64,000 nucleotides of DNA, from NCBI GenBank assembly GCA_964255285.1, contig CAXUUL010000016.1, positions 1 to 64,000 of the forward strand. The letters run 5' to 3'. Shown here piece after piece: positions 52,991 through 64,000 of the stretch (positions within the stretch are counted from its first letter, which is position 1; the number at the start of each line of letters is the position of its first letter). The position numbers and the translations under genes are program-made. The notes beneath the pieces were generated by a model, which ran no database searches, was not told where the DNA came from, and saw only the letters and a list, made by a program, of their open reading frames with translations. This DNA comes from Ionaspis alba (taxonomy: Eukaryota).

Positions 52991-54960
52991 TTATTGAACC
53001 ATTTCCTCCCCTATTCCCGGCAAGCCCGCGCCAGCGATATTGGCGTTTAAACCAGCATTGATGGGTATGCCCGCACCGAGCTTCAATTCTGGATTGCAGG
53101 GCGGAGAGTGAGACTTGTGGTATTTCAGCCCATTCAGATTTTTATAGCGCTTGCCACAGACCTCGCATTTGTAGGGCTTTTCTTTTTCCATGCCGAGAGT
53201 GCCAGGATATGGAGACAGAGTGGTGGGGTCGACAATGGAGAATGTACCATCAGCGTTCTCATGTAGCTGCTGGTTATTGTGGCCATGCTGCAAAGTGGTA
53301 ATTAGTCTTGTGCGACGGACTGCCACACGATAAGCTTACCGTCTTATGATACTTTAGTCCATTCTGGTTCTTGTATGCTTTCTCGCAGCCTATGACAGGG
53401 CATCTGAATGGTTTTGGTTCTTCTCCGTTCATACCCGTGGTTGTGTCCGCTAGCCCAACTCTCCGTTGCTGCTCGCGGATCCTCCGCGCAATCTCACTAT
53501 TAGCGCCATACTGTGCACTCCCTAGTCTGGATTGAGTGTACTGTTGGTTGTTGAAGCCGCCGTTCGGATTGAATAATCGTTTGGCGGGCTCGTCAATGCA
53601 AAGATCCAACATATCGTTCCCGTTCCCAAACCCGTAACCACCTAAATCCTGCTGTTGACCTTGCATGAACTGGCTGTTATCCACAGCCATGTTGTCCATG
53701 TGCCCCAGAAAATCCGGATCCAACTCTCCGGGAGTTCCGGGTGCGGATGAGTCGGGTGTGTTGCGAAACTGCTGCTGCTGCAGAGGATGAGCGCTCAGCG
53801 TTGGTGTATTGACCGACGAAACTGTAGGGTTATGATGATAAAGGCCCCCAGGTCGACCACCTGAAACAGGAGTTGATGGCTGAGAGTGTTTTAAGCCCTG
53901 ATAGCTATGCAAAGGATTGTTCAGGTTGTGGGTGTTGAGATCAAGAGGAGGAACCCGTGCGCCGCCTGGCTGACCGAACTGAGATCGTGGAGGAATCGGA
54001 GGTCTGTCTTGTAAAGGGTATTGTGATTGTAGCTGAGCATTTGAGTGGAAATCATCCCCGAGCCCCCCGCCTGAGATATCATCCATGTCCATATCCTCGA
54101 CGGACTCCATGTTATGTACCGGCTGTGATGAAAGCGAGGTGAATTCTCCTGGCCTGAACTGGGGATGGGATGGTAGAGCACGGGTAGAACTAGGCCCTTG
54201 GCGAGAAGATGATGACTGGTTCGTGGAGCTGGAGCTGTTCTGGTGTTGCTGCTGGACATTCGTAGCAGCCGAAGCGGCAAGTGCAGCTCTTGTGTCTGGA
54301 GGGGCCGTGCTTTGATGGGTTGGTTGCATAGGCATCGTGGTGGGCATTTGCTGAGCATGAGCCTCTTCATAATGCTGCAGCAGGTCATGTAGAGAAGGTA
54401 GTGTCATTCCGCAACAGGAGAAGTCTTTCATGAAATTGGCTTCGAGTTTCGGAAGATAAGAGGAGGAGTGGAAAGAGGGAGACTGGTAGGCAAAAGGTGA
54501 GGTTCCTTGCATTATGATGCTACTAAAGCATTAGTACTATCTTCGACGAGCTACCAGAACTTCATGCCAGCGAGCTTTGGGGAACAGGGAGGTACAAGAT
54601 AGAGAGAGGACTTAGCACATACTCGTCGCGAATCCAACTCCCGACCGAGACTCCACCCCAGCTCATACCTCCTACAAGGCTGCCAGCCAGACTTTCTCGC
54701 CTAGGTTGGGATCTTCCCGCACTGTTCATGGATATAGGTTGTGCTCCGCTACCATATTGGGGCGTCAGTCCCGACATGGCTGCGGACAGAGAATCGTGCC
54801 GTCCAAAAGCGGTCGATTTGCCGCCGCCGCCAACCACGTTCAATGCTGATGAAGGTCTGATCTCATTTCCAGTGGTGGCTTGTAGGGCGGATGTCAGGTT
54901 AGACGAGCGGTTTTGCGGCGACTGGGTGGCAATGCTGATAGGGGAGGAAGCCGTCGCCAT
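52991..54960 (-). CDS. SFP1: Split C2H2 zinc-finger transcription factor; introns 54520-54622 and 53288-53339; possible CTG start at 55245
   Basis: RRESLAGS...[23 protein letters not shown]...[69 protein letters not shown]. Confidence 0.95.
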
Positions 54961-57271
54961 TGCACGTGGCGGTGAGGAGTGGCCGAAGAGAGGAAAGCTG
55001 GAATCGTCCAAGTCGGAATCAAGCAGGGCCGAGTCGAGATAGAGGCTGGACTGTCCGCCGAAACCGTCGATGGACTTGCGATGCCAGGAGAAGAGGAGAT
55101 CCTTCTCCCGCTCCGACTTGCGCGGATAGACAGGGCCGAAACCCTTGGGCGTGCCAACCGGAGTCGTTTCGCTGGGAGAGACTCGTTCAAAGTCACTTGG
55201 GGTGGGCGAGTAGTGTAGAGGAGGTGGAGTCTCTCGAGAATCCAGCTTTACGAATTATTGAAGTCGAGATCTTAGGGGGAAGAGAGGCGGATATAAGCGG
55301 TGAGGTGTTTCGAGGCGGGAATACGGCTTTTGGGTTGACAGTTGCGGCGAGTGGCGACGGTGTGTATTGCAGTTGCCAGTGAAGCTGAAGAAGATGAATA
55401 AAGTGCCTGCTTGATGAAGCTGGGGAGATAGGTGGGTGGATGAAGGAAGTGGTACGAGTAGTCGCAGGAGCAGTAATAGCAGGCGCACTAGTGGTAGTGA
55501 GAGACGGGATGCTTGGCGGGCTAGAAGACTAATGTAGGCATGGAATAGTAGTACCCATGTAATAACACTGTAATGAGAAGGACAGTGATGGTATTATTGT
55601 GGAAGAGTTATGTCAGAGCACCTTTTTACTTCCTCGTACTCCGTATGATTGGCACTATGACGAACCGAAACGGGGGGCACCGGCTGCTGAGTTAGGGACC
55701 CTGTTTAGCTTGACCACAGTATCCATAAGCGCTTGTACACTTTACTCGTGCTCGCACTGTCCGCTGGATTCTCTCCACCACCCAGCACAACTGCCGGTAA
55801 AATATCCAGACTATTGACAAGCGTTAGATGGGGTAGTGCAGGTGCCTGCAGACTTAAGTCTGACCAGCTCCGACGATATAATCCGGTGTCAGACCACAGA
55901 AGTAGCATTTTTGTCAGCGTGCAAGCTTGCCGAGGAAGGGCCATGATCGTGAATGCCATCTGCCAACCTGCCTCGGAAGGCGGACGGAGTGGCAACACAT
56001 ACATGGCATGGACGGGGTGGCAAGAATTATGAGTGTACAGCTTACGAAGTCCCTCTGCGACATCTTCAATCTTGACTCTAGTAATTGTTCTCGGAGGATG
56101 ATGTCTGTTCTGAAGCATATGCAGAAGCGACGACACAGGGACTGTACGACATGTTATGGACGGTCATTATTGTTCCAACTGATCGATCTCCGTTCACCCT
56201 GATTATTCAGGGTTGTGGGATTGTGGAGAGGATCGGAAGGACCCGATCGTGAAACCTGTGGATGCTACCACACCATCGACATGTGCAATCGTTTAAGCAA
56301 GTCAGCGTTCCGATAGCTGGCTATGATCAAATATGGTCCAGCATCGCCGGAACAAGGCTGTCATGATGGATTTTATGAGTTAGAGTCCCTTCAACAGCAA
56401 TCAAGTACGGACGATATCACAAGAAATGGGCCGTTTATAGCTGACGATTATAGGAAAGAAGTGATCTCCACGAGAATGAAACTCTCCAAATGTCCTCTGA
56501 GCGTAAGGGTATGCTTTTCTGATTATGTGATCCCCTTGACATGGATAAATGGGGTATGATGAACAGAAAGGGGTATCTTGAAGAGCTGGAGAAGAAGATG
56601 GATATAGTGGAGGCTACTAAGAAAAAGAGTTTGGCGCCTCAGCGTTTCCACGTTTCTCAGGGTCTTGGCAATTCGGCTCTTCTTCTCGTTGATGACGGAA
56701 CCCTATTTGCTGCACCAGGACGATCTAGCCCTTGGATGGGACCTAAGCATAGCTGACCACCAAAACAGCCGTCTGTCTTCCAGTCACCCATTGTCCTCTT
56801 ATTCGATCCAATCTACATAGGGTAGACCGGGCCAAGGACCCCGTCAAGCCACAATGCGGTGAATTGTACCTTCAATCAACCGATCAAGAAAACGGTTCCT
56901 GCTCTTCGACAGTTCCTTCCCTGTCAAACAGTACACTGGATGCCAATTCCAGACAACAGCTGGCAGCCCCGGAGAGCTGTGAGGCGCTACTACCATTGAG
57001 CGGCCAAAGCACAGTTGAGCTTCAACCATGTAAGTTCGACGTGCTCTCTTGCCCCTTGTAGATTACATTAGATTATCAGGGTATGGAGTACCAACTCGTG
57101 GAGTCGGCGCTTCACCGGCGTGAGTTTACGAGTGATCGGCTGCTAAGGTCTCTGTCGTAGTGTGTTGCACGCGTCTGTCACTGAGGCCATGTATCTGAGC
57201 GGCTGAATCCGAACAACTCGAGGATGGTTCCAAGGAATAGGTAGCACACTCGAACAATCGGCTATCCTATA

Positions 57272-59634
57272 ATGTCATCGATCAGCCAAAAGCCTTTCTC
57301 TAACCCTGTCGAGCCATCAGCAGGGTTAGCAGCGGCACCGTCTTCTAATGTCGAGGACGGAACTGCACCATCCCCAGCTCAAGACCAAGACTCATCTACC
57401 ACGAAGGCCGAAAAGTTTGAGAGGAATGGTCGTCCTTCCGGAGAGACAGAATTGGAGCCACCAGCCAAGAAGACGAAATTGGATGGGTTTCCTGAGATTG
57501 CTGGTGTGGAAAGACGGAAAGGAGTAGCTCCTATCAAAGCAGAGTAGATAAGATTTCTCCTTTCATTGCCTTCTCGACCTCTGACCTCGATAGATACTTA
57601 ATCAGTGCACTTGGAAGTAGGAGCCTGCCGGTCCAAGCGAGTGTCGACGATGGCGCAGCCGAGACGGTACCGCACACAGATGATCGAGATCACCCTAACG
57701 GAGGAGGAGGTAGGAGAAGGGAGAAAGGTAAAGGCCAAAATAAAGGTCGCGACTATGGCACTTCACGAGATGAAAGGGGCTTATGTCAAAGTCGTGCCCA
57801 GTTCGCAGAATTCTCCCCCTCTTCTTGCCCATTTGGAGACAATTGTAAGTTTGAGCACGATCTTCGAAAGTATCTTCGAGAATGGAAGAGAGAGGATTTG
57901 AAGACGCTCGGAGGAAGGTGTCCCGTCTGGACACTGAATGGTACATGCAGCTCTGGCTGGAAATGTCGCTTCGTGGGATCCCACTCAGAGGAGAGGGACA
58001 CTCTCGATGGTCGGAAAGAGCTTGTCTTGATAGAGGGGGCCAAGATAAACCGGTCGACATCGGGCTCCGCCGACGACGACCGCGGACTTTATATCTTGAA
58101 CCAAGTGTCAACGGGGGCCAAAGTGGACCTGATGAAGCGAAGGATTCAGACTTCTAAAGCCGATGAATACTCGAACTGGCTTGACGAGAGTGGAAAGGTC
58201 ACACTCAAACAACAAAACAGAAAGAAGTATGAGAATGAAGGCAGTAGCCGCGTGGGAGTAGCTCCTGGGGAGGCACGCGAAGATGCTAGAGCACAATACC
58301 GAGAGGCACCCTTTCTGCCAATCGAAAAACGGCGAATCTATTTCGGGCCAGAGACTCCAGTCCTTGCCCCCTTGACGACGCAGGGCAACCTGCCGTTCAG
58401 AAGGATGTGTATTGACTTTGGTGCGCAGCTTACTTATTCGGAGATGGCTATGAGCATGCCATTGATACAGGGACAGAAATCAGAATGGGCTTTGATGAAA
58501 GCGCATCGGATTGAGGCGGAGCCTCCACGATACAGTCCATCATCGATAGTCACCGACTACGACAATGCCAAAGATCTACGGTTTGGTGCCCAGATTGCAG
58601 GGAACAAGCCGCATCAAGTCATGAAGGCAACGGAAGTGCTCACAAAGCTTTGTCCCCATCTCCGAGTCGTCGACTTGAATTGCGGCTGTCCGATTGACCT
58701 AGTGTATCGTCAAGGCGCAGGTTCTGCACTACTTGATAGCCAGCCGAAACTTGAAAAGATGCTACGTGGAATGAATGCTGTCTCTGGAGAGATCCCGATC
58801 ACAGTGAAAATACGGATGGGTACTCGGGATGGAAAGCCCAACGCTTTGAAGCTGGTCGACCGTTTAGTGTATGGTGGTTCTGATGGTAATGAAGCCAGTG
58901 GTGAACCGTGTGGCATCGCGGCCATCACTTTACATGGTCGAAGTAGACAACAGCGATATACCAAGAATGCTGATTGGAAATACATCTACGACTGTGCAGC
59001 TCTGATAAAGAGACACACCGAGTACGGTAATGATCTTGCCGACACCAATCGAGAGCCCGAACCACGACAGCAGTCACCCTCCAACAAGGTTTTCTTCCTC
59101 GGAAATGGAGACTGTTTCTCTCACGTTGACTACGACGCTCACATTCGGGATGCTAGGGTCGATTCAGTCATGATAGCCCGCGGAGCATTGATCAAACCCT
59201 GGATCTTTGAGGAAATTGAGAAAGGTCAATATCTCGACAAATCTGCTACAGAGCGTCTTGCGATGGTGGAGTCATATGTACGGTATGGATTAGAAACATG
59301 GGGATCCGATGAAATGGGAGTGGGTACGACTAGGAGGTTCCTATTGGAATGGCTAAGCTTTGCATATCGATATGTCCCTGTGGGAATATTGGAGTATCTG
59401 CCACCCAATCTACAAGATCGGCCACCAGCATGGAAAGGAAGGAACGAGCTGGAGACGCTGCTAGGAAGTGATAATTACAAAGACTGGATAAAGATAAGGT
59501 ATTGAGATTACATCCACGCCAGGTAAAGGATGCTAATTTCTAGTAGCGAAATGTTCTTGGGTCCTGCAACCAAGGACTTCCACTTCCAACCCAAACATAA
59601 ATCCAACAGCTACGAGATAGAGGCTGAAGGTTAG
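57272..59634 (+). CDS. DUS3: tRNA-dihydrouridine(47) synthase, 2 introns
   Basis: [14 protein letters not shown]-type fingers, [51 protein letters not shown]; stop 59632-59634. Confidence 0.96.
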
Positions 59635-60192
59635 TTTACAATACCGTGAACGAGATGTCAATAGAATAGGGCGCAGTGGGCGGAGAGTAGCTGGAGGGTA
59701 GCTTGCAATGCTATCAACTTAATGTCGATAGTCGATAGCTTATGTCCCAGTAGACACCGGCTCGCGTTGAGCTTTATAGCCACCGAAGGATCGGTTTATC
59801 TGGCGGTGGCTTGAGTTATGAGACAGATACCTTAGAGAGAGGCTCAGAACTACGTTGGTTTCCTTGCCAGGCGCTGAAACAACACGGCTCGAGTATTTTG
59901 ACAAATATTTAGAAGAATTGTAGCTCGCGTGCTGCCAGGATTCTCTTACTGGTATGACGTCGTCAGGATGTGCGAGGAACATGCTACCTCGCCTGTTTTG
60001 GCACGCACACAAGCACTAAACACGTTGTAATCGTTCTCCGAAACCAGACGTCCTTTGCTTTGAGATACAAGAGTCAACATATCCGCTCTATGTAGGTTGT
60101 CATCTATGGTATCAACATTCATATAGGAGGGAACGCTGATTACTTGCAGTACTGTCTTACCTCAGGGTTCATATTCTACTACCAACTCCAAC

Positions 60193-61130
60193 ATGACGCT
60201 CTACTACAGTCTGGTAAGTGCCAGCAGCTGCGTCATCAGCAGCTCTTAACCTTGTCTTCTTTATCTACCTACCACTCTCCCACTCATTCAATTGTAAACT
60301 TCTATACCTTTTGTATCGACCGCAATGCCGTCCCTCGTCTTTGCACCTGTCAGGATCCGGAGTCCTTTGTTTGGAACGACCAAGCTGATGGTATGTTGAT
60401 TAGGTCTTCTTGCTCCTGGTGGCAGAAATGGCAATCTTCGTATTGCTCATTGTCCCGTTGCCGTATAGAATGAAGCGTAAGCTGTTTACCTTCATATCCG
60501 AGAGTCCTATTATAGCGAAGTTGCAATATGGAATGAAGGTTCAAATGCATACTGCTATCCCGCCCCTAACCTCATGCTTACCGTGATTAGATTACTTTCA
60601 TCTTCATTCTGATCCTGTTCATCGACAGTGTCAATCGTGTCTATCGCGTACAGGTTGAGTTGGCTCAGGCAACAAAGCAGGGCGGGCAGGCAGGGTATAA
60701 ACTCCGTCCATCCCTTCGATCTGTCTTAGGCTAACCTGCTTGCAGCGCTGCTGCCATTGGTGGCTCCGAACGAATGGAAGTTCAAGCCCGCAAGTTCTAC
60801 TCTCAACGCAATATGTATCTCTGCGGCTTCACACTCTTCCTCTCGCTCATCCTCAATCGTACCTACGTCATGATTCTAGACGTGCTACGTCTCGAAGAGA
60901 AGGTCAAGCGCTATGAGGGTGACCCAAAATCACAGGGCAAGAGCGCAGACAAGCTCGATCGGGCTGGTGATGCAGGAGAAATCGGAAAGCTCAAGAATCA
61001 GTTGGCTCAGAAGGACCGTGATCTCGCCACGTTGAAGAAGCAGAGTGAAGGCCTCAACAAGGAGTACGGCAACCTCAGTGACCAATATGGCAAGATGAAC
61101 GCGGATGGTACACCCAAAAAAGACAGGTGA
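60193..61130 (+). CDS. BAP29/BAP31 family ER membrane protein (Yet3-like), 3 introns
   Basis: MTLYYSL/VFLLLVAEM...LFIDSVNR...RKFYSQRNMYLCGFTLFLSL, coiled coil, C-terminal KKDR (KKXX ER-retrieval signal). Confidence 0.93.
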
Positions 61131-61987
61131 AGAGCCTTGTGGCTGCTATCTGTACAGCTTGATCCAAGTCCCGTTGGTGGCTCTTATTTGGTGGCATTGG
61201 CTACCAAAAAGAGAGATTATTGTTGGACTATGGACAGATTGAAACGGGTATAACGAGAATCGCAACGACGTTCGTCATTGGCGAAGGGCACACCTCAATT
61301 GAAACTGAAAAGTGGACAAGATTACAAGAATGTGCTTTGAAGTTCGTGGCACTTGTGACTCAAGGGTTCTCCTGCAATATGAACCAAAAAAGCGCTTTAT
61401 GTTCAATAGAAGTGATGAGGCGTTTGATCAATTTACAAGACTCTAATCAACGACATCGGGACCAACTAAAATCATTAAAATCTTATTTCGTTCTTCGTCA
61501 GTGTATTCTAGTAGTCCACGTCAAGTAAAATTCCGATAGCAGCACAACTGGTGAACTCGCATTAAGTCCGACTCTATCTACCAATCTTGGAGCATAATGG
61601 TGGTCCGCTATGATCTTGGTACCCAGGCCCTGATGGTAGCAGAACTATTGCTTTAGTGTGTATACAAGCTACATGTATTAACGGGACTCAAATATAACGG
61701 AGTCCAAAGTCTATTCATGATCGTGGCCCTTTGAGGGCTTCATCATTAATGGTTACAAAACAATAGAACATTTTTATATACCGATATCGGACTTGATGAG
61801 TCGTGACTCTGGAACGCCTTCTCTATGCCGCGTGGACGATAATGGAGACCTCCTTTACAGTGGGGTATATATAACCCTGGGGAAAAATGCCTTCCATAAG
61901 AAAGGAAATGCGAAATACTGCCTAGAATAGCTGTAAATCAAGTGGGTGTAGGCGTGATGCCTTGGAACTGAGGATCAAGCATAGAGA

Positions 61988-64000
61988 TCATGATTGAATC
62001 ATGAGACTTTGGCGCATAGGAGCCTCCTCCACGTGAAATCCGAGCACGAACCGGAACAACTCTTTCAACCAAACATATTGCCCATTCCTGACCATCCATT
62101 GAACGGCTTTTCCAACGTCAGTGGCACTGGCTCGTCGGGCTGGACCCGCTGATCTGAAAGACGGATCAGTCGCGACCAACTTCTTGTACTTCTCCAGTAG
62201 TTGGAGTTGCCAGGACGCGGTTCCAAAGGAGTCAGACGGTAGAGTACGAACGAAAGAAGCTAGTTTCTCGTCTCTTCGAAATCCCGTATTAACCGCTGCC
62301 TTGACAATCAAGAGTCTCAGACAGGTAAGTCGGGGGTCCTCTGACGGATTGATGACGGTGCTAGTAGAAGATGTTGTGTTATCCGAATAGTCGGACAGAG
62401 AGCTCGAGGATGAAGACCACTGGGGACCCGGAAATCGATCGCTTGCGTCTGGCCCCAGAACCAGGATATTTGGAACTTGTGCTTCGTCCGGTGAAACCTG
62501 CTGAGTGTCTTCGAAGATAGTCGTTGGGGTCTCTGGATTCTGTCTCCCAAAGTCATCATCCTCGACATCTGACTCTGCCACTGAAATGTCAGCAGCCAGC
62601 TCAGTCTGTTTGGCTTGCTGAAATGCTTGGGTAAAGGTGGTTTGGCTAGGTCTTGGTGTCCCTCTTTCTGGTCGTACCTGGGTCCATCCTTCACGAAAAA
62701 GATCGCAAAGTTCCCAGCAAGCTTGGACGGCGGATCCCAAAAGCTCCTCATCCGCTTGTTTGCCTTCCCTTTTGTTCTGTCTCAAAGTGAACAGCATTTC
62801 TGCTAATGACCAACAGGCTCGTAGCAACGCATCTGTCTCTTCTCCAAAATGTGTCCGTTGTTTCATAAGCCGATGGCATAAAGTAACATAGAAATCGAGA
62901 GTTCGTTCTCGGAAAGCTTCAGGGAGTGTGCGATCGTGGGTATTGAACAGGTGATTATTCAGCTCGAAACTGACACGTAGTACTGAATCCGCGATATCAT
63001 GTTCTCTTTGGCGTACCTCGAATAGGGTTTGGCAGAAATCTCGACATAAGTCCAAAGTCGCTCGTACATGTAATGAAGTGTCTTCGTCCCTCGTCTCGTA
63101 GAGCTTTTGGCATAATTTCCAGCATGATTTCCATGCCTGTTCCCGCCCGTTCCGCTTCTTGACCGCGGCGAAAGTCCGCCCTCGATGTATATAGCTCAAC
63201 CCCGCTAAAGTATTGCATAGAGTCCAGCATTCTCCCAAAGCTAATTTCAAAGCCGCAATCTCGTTGGTCGTCTTTTGAAATTGATCAATGGCAAAATCGA
63301 TTGAATCCTGGCAATTCTCATCCTCTGGATCTTGCGTTTCGGGTATGTCTGCCATTTAAGTCAGACAGGTGCTTTCAACACATGAGAGCGTACGATACCG
63401 TCAAGAGGCCGTGACTTTAGCTTTGCGCTTTTTTCTTGTTCGAAAGTCTCTGCTTCCTGCCTTGTTTGAGCCCGTGGTGTTGCCGACCAGTCTCTTGTAG
63501 GGGGTATGTCCGTCGTGATAGGTGGAGGAGAGAGTGGGCTTTGAACATTCTGGATGTTGTTAATCGACCAAGTCATCTACCAATCAAACAGCCTACCGAA
63601 TTATCCTGACCAGGATTTGTAATCGTAACGTCGGATCGTTGAGATGGAGTCGGAGTCGACCGGCGAACTTCTGGAGGAGATGGTGGAGCATGCTGTTGCC
63701 TGTTAGCTGAAAGCCCTTGCTCGAGCTGACAGTACCGACAAATCTTTCGAAGCTCTTCGGCGCATGTATAACTGAAGTCGGATAGGTCTCTTCAGAAGTT
63801 CGGGGTTCTCTTGTCGCATCCTTGGTTTTGAGCTGCGAGACCGTCAGCTTGGTAGATACCCTTGGTAGTATAACCAGCCTTCAAGTTCGATTCTGCGTCT
63901 GTTGTGAGCGTGCTTGTAGAGTGCATGGACTCCTCTAATGCTGTATCATCTATATCTGTGGAATCTGTGCCTGTCGAGGAAGGGGCAATAGGTGACGGAT
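61988..64000 (-). CDS. Conserved fungal hypothetical protein, 5' end beyond the window
   Basis: Long helical ORF (LGECWTLCNTLA, AWKSCWKLC, SFELNNHLF, ACWELCDLFREGW) joined by introns to upstream exons that remain open toward the window edge. Confidence 0.8.

Noticed and set aside
55600..57100. Short ORFs between SFP1 and DUS3
   Set aside because: Could not be joined into a gene or assigned; may be promoter DNA or a relic.
60214..60403. 190-nt first intron of BAP31 as a stwintron or snoRNA host
   Set aside because: The internal AG I tested (CAG near 60353) does not rebuild a donor, and no convincing C/D or H/ACA layout is visible.
63353..63355. ATG starting the 455-aa ORF in the track
   Set aside because: Lies between a CTGAC branch site and the CAG acceptor of an inferred intron; the gene continues upstream.

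Overview
Gene-dense eukaryotic DNA from a filamentous ascomycete (Pezizomycotina-type). The assignment rests on short GT-AG introns with CTRAY branch sites and fungal gene families; species not determined. I can model about 23 protein-coding genes by hand: UVI-1-like protein, DHA1 MFS transporter, hybrid histidine kinase, ACR3, Het-C protein, GH31 alpha-glucosidase, a small secreted Cys/Thr-rich protein, UTP17, RPB10 (absent from the ORF track), a disordered protein with a Cys-rich tail, a family-16 methyltransferase, PAF-acetylhydrolase, a bZIP factor, DPP5, MDM12, L-arabinitol dehydrogenase, NOC2, SFP1, DUS3, BAP31/YET and two conserved hypotheticals. I recognised no tRNA, rRNA, CRISPR array or intact transposon. 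The most interesting signal is at SFP1: its frame stays open 95 codons upstream of the first ATG to a CTG in strong initiation context, inside a ~578-nt ATG-free leader. This suggests a non-AUG-initiated N-terminal extension. Other leads are a codon-biased membrane extension on the GH31 enzyme, a probable GC-AG intron in het-C, a UVI-1 homologue with no signal peptide, and Tbf1-like sites at ribosome-biogenesis promoters. Family names come from motif recognition, not database searches.
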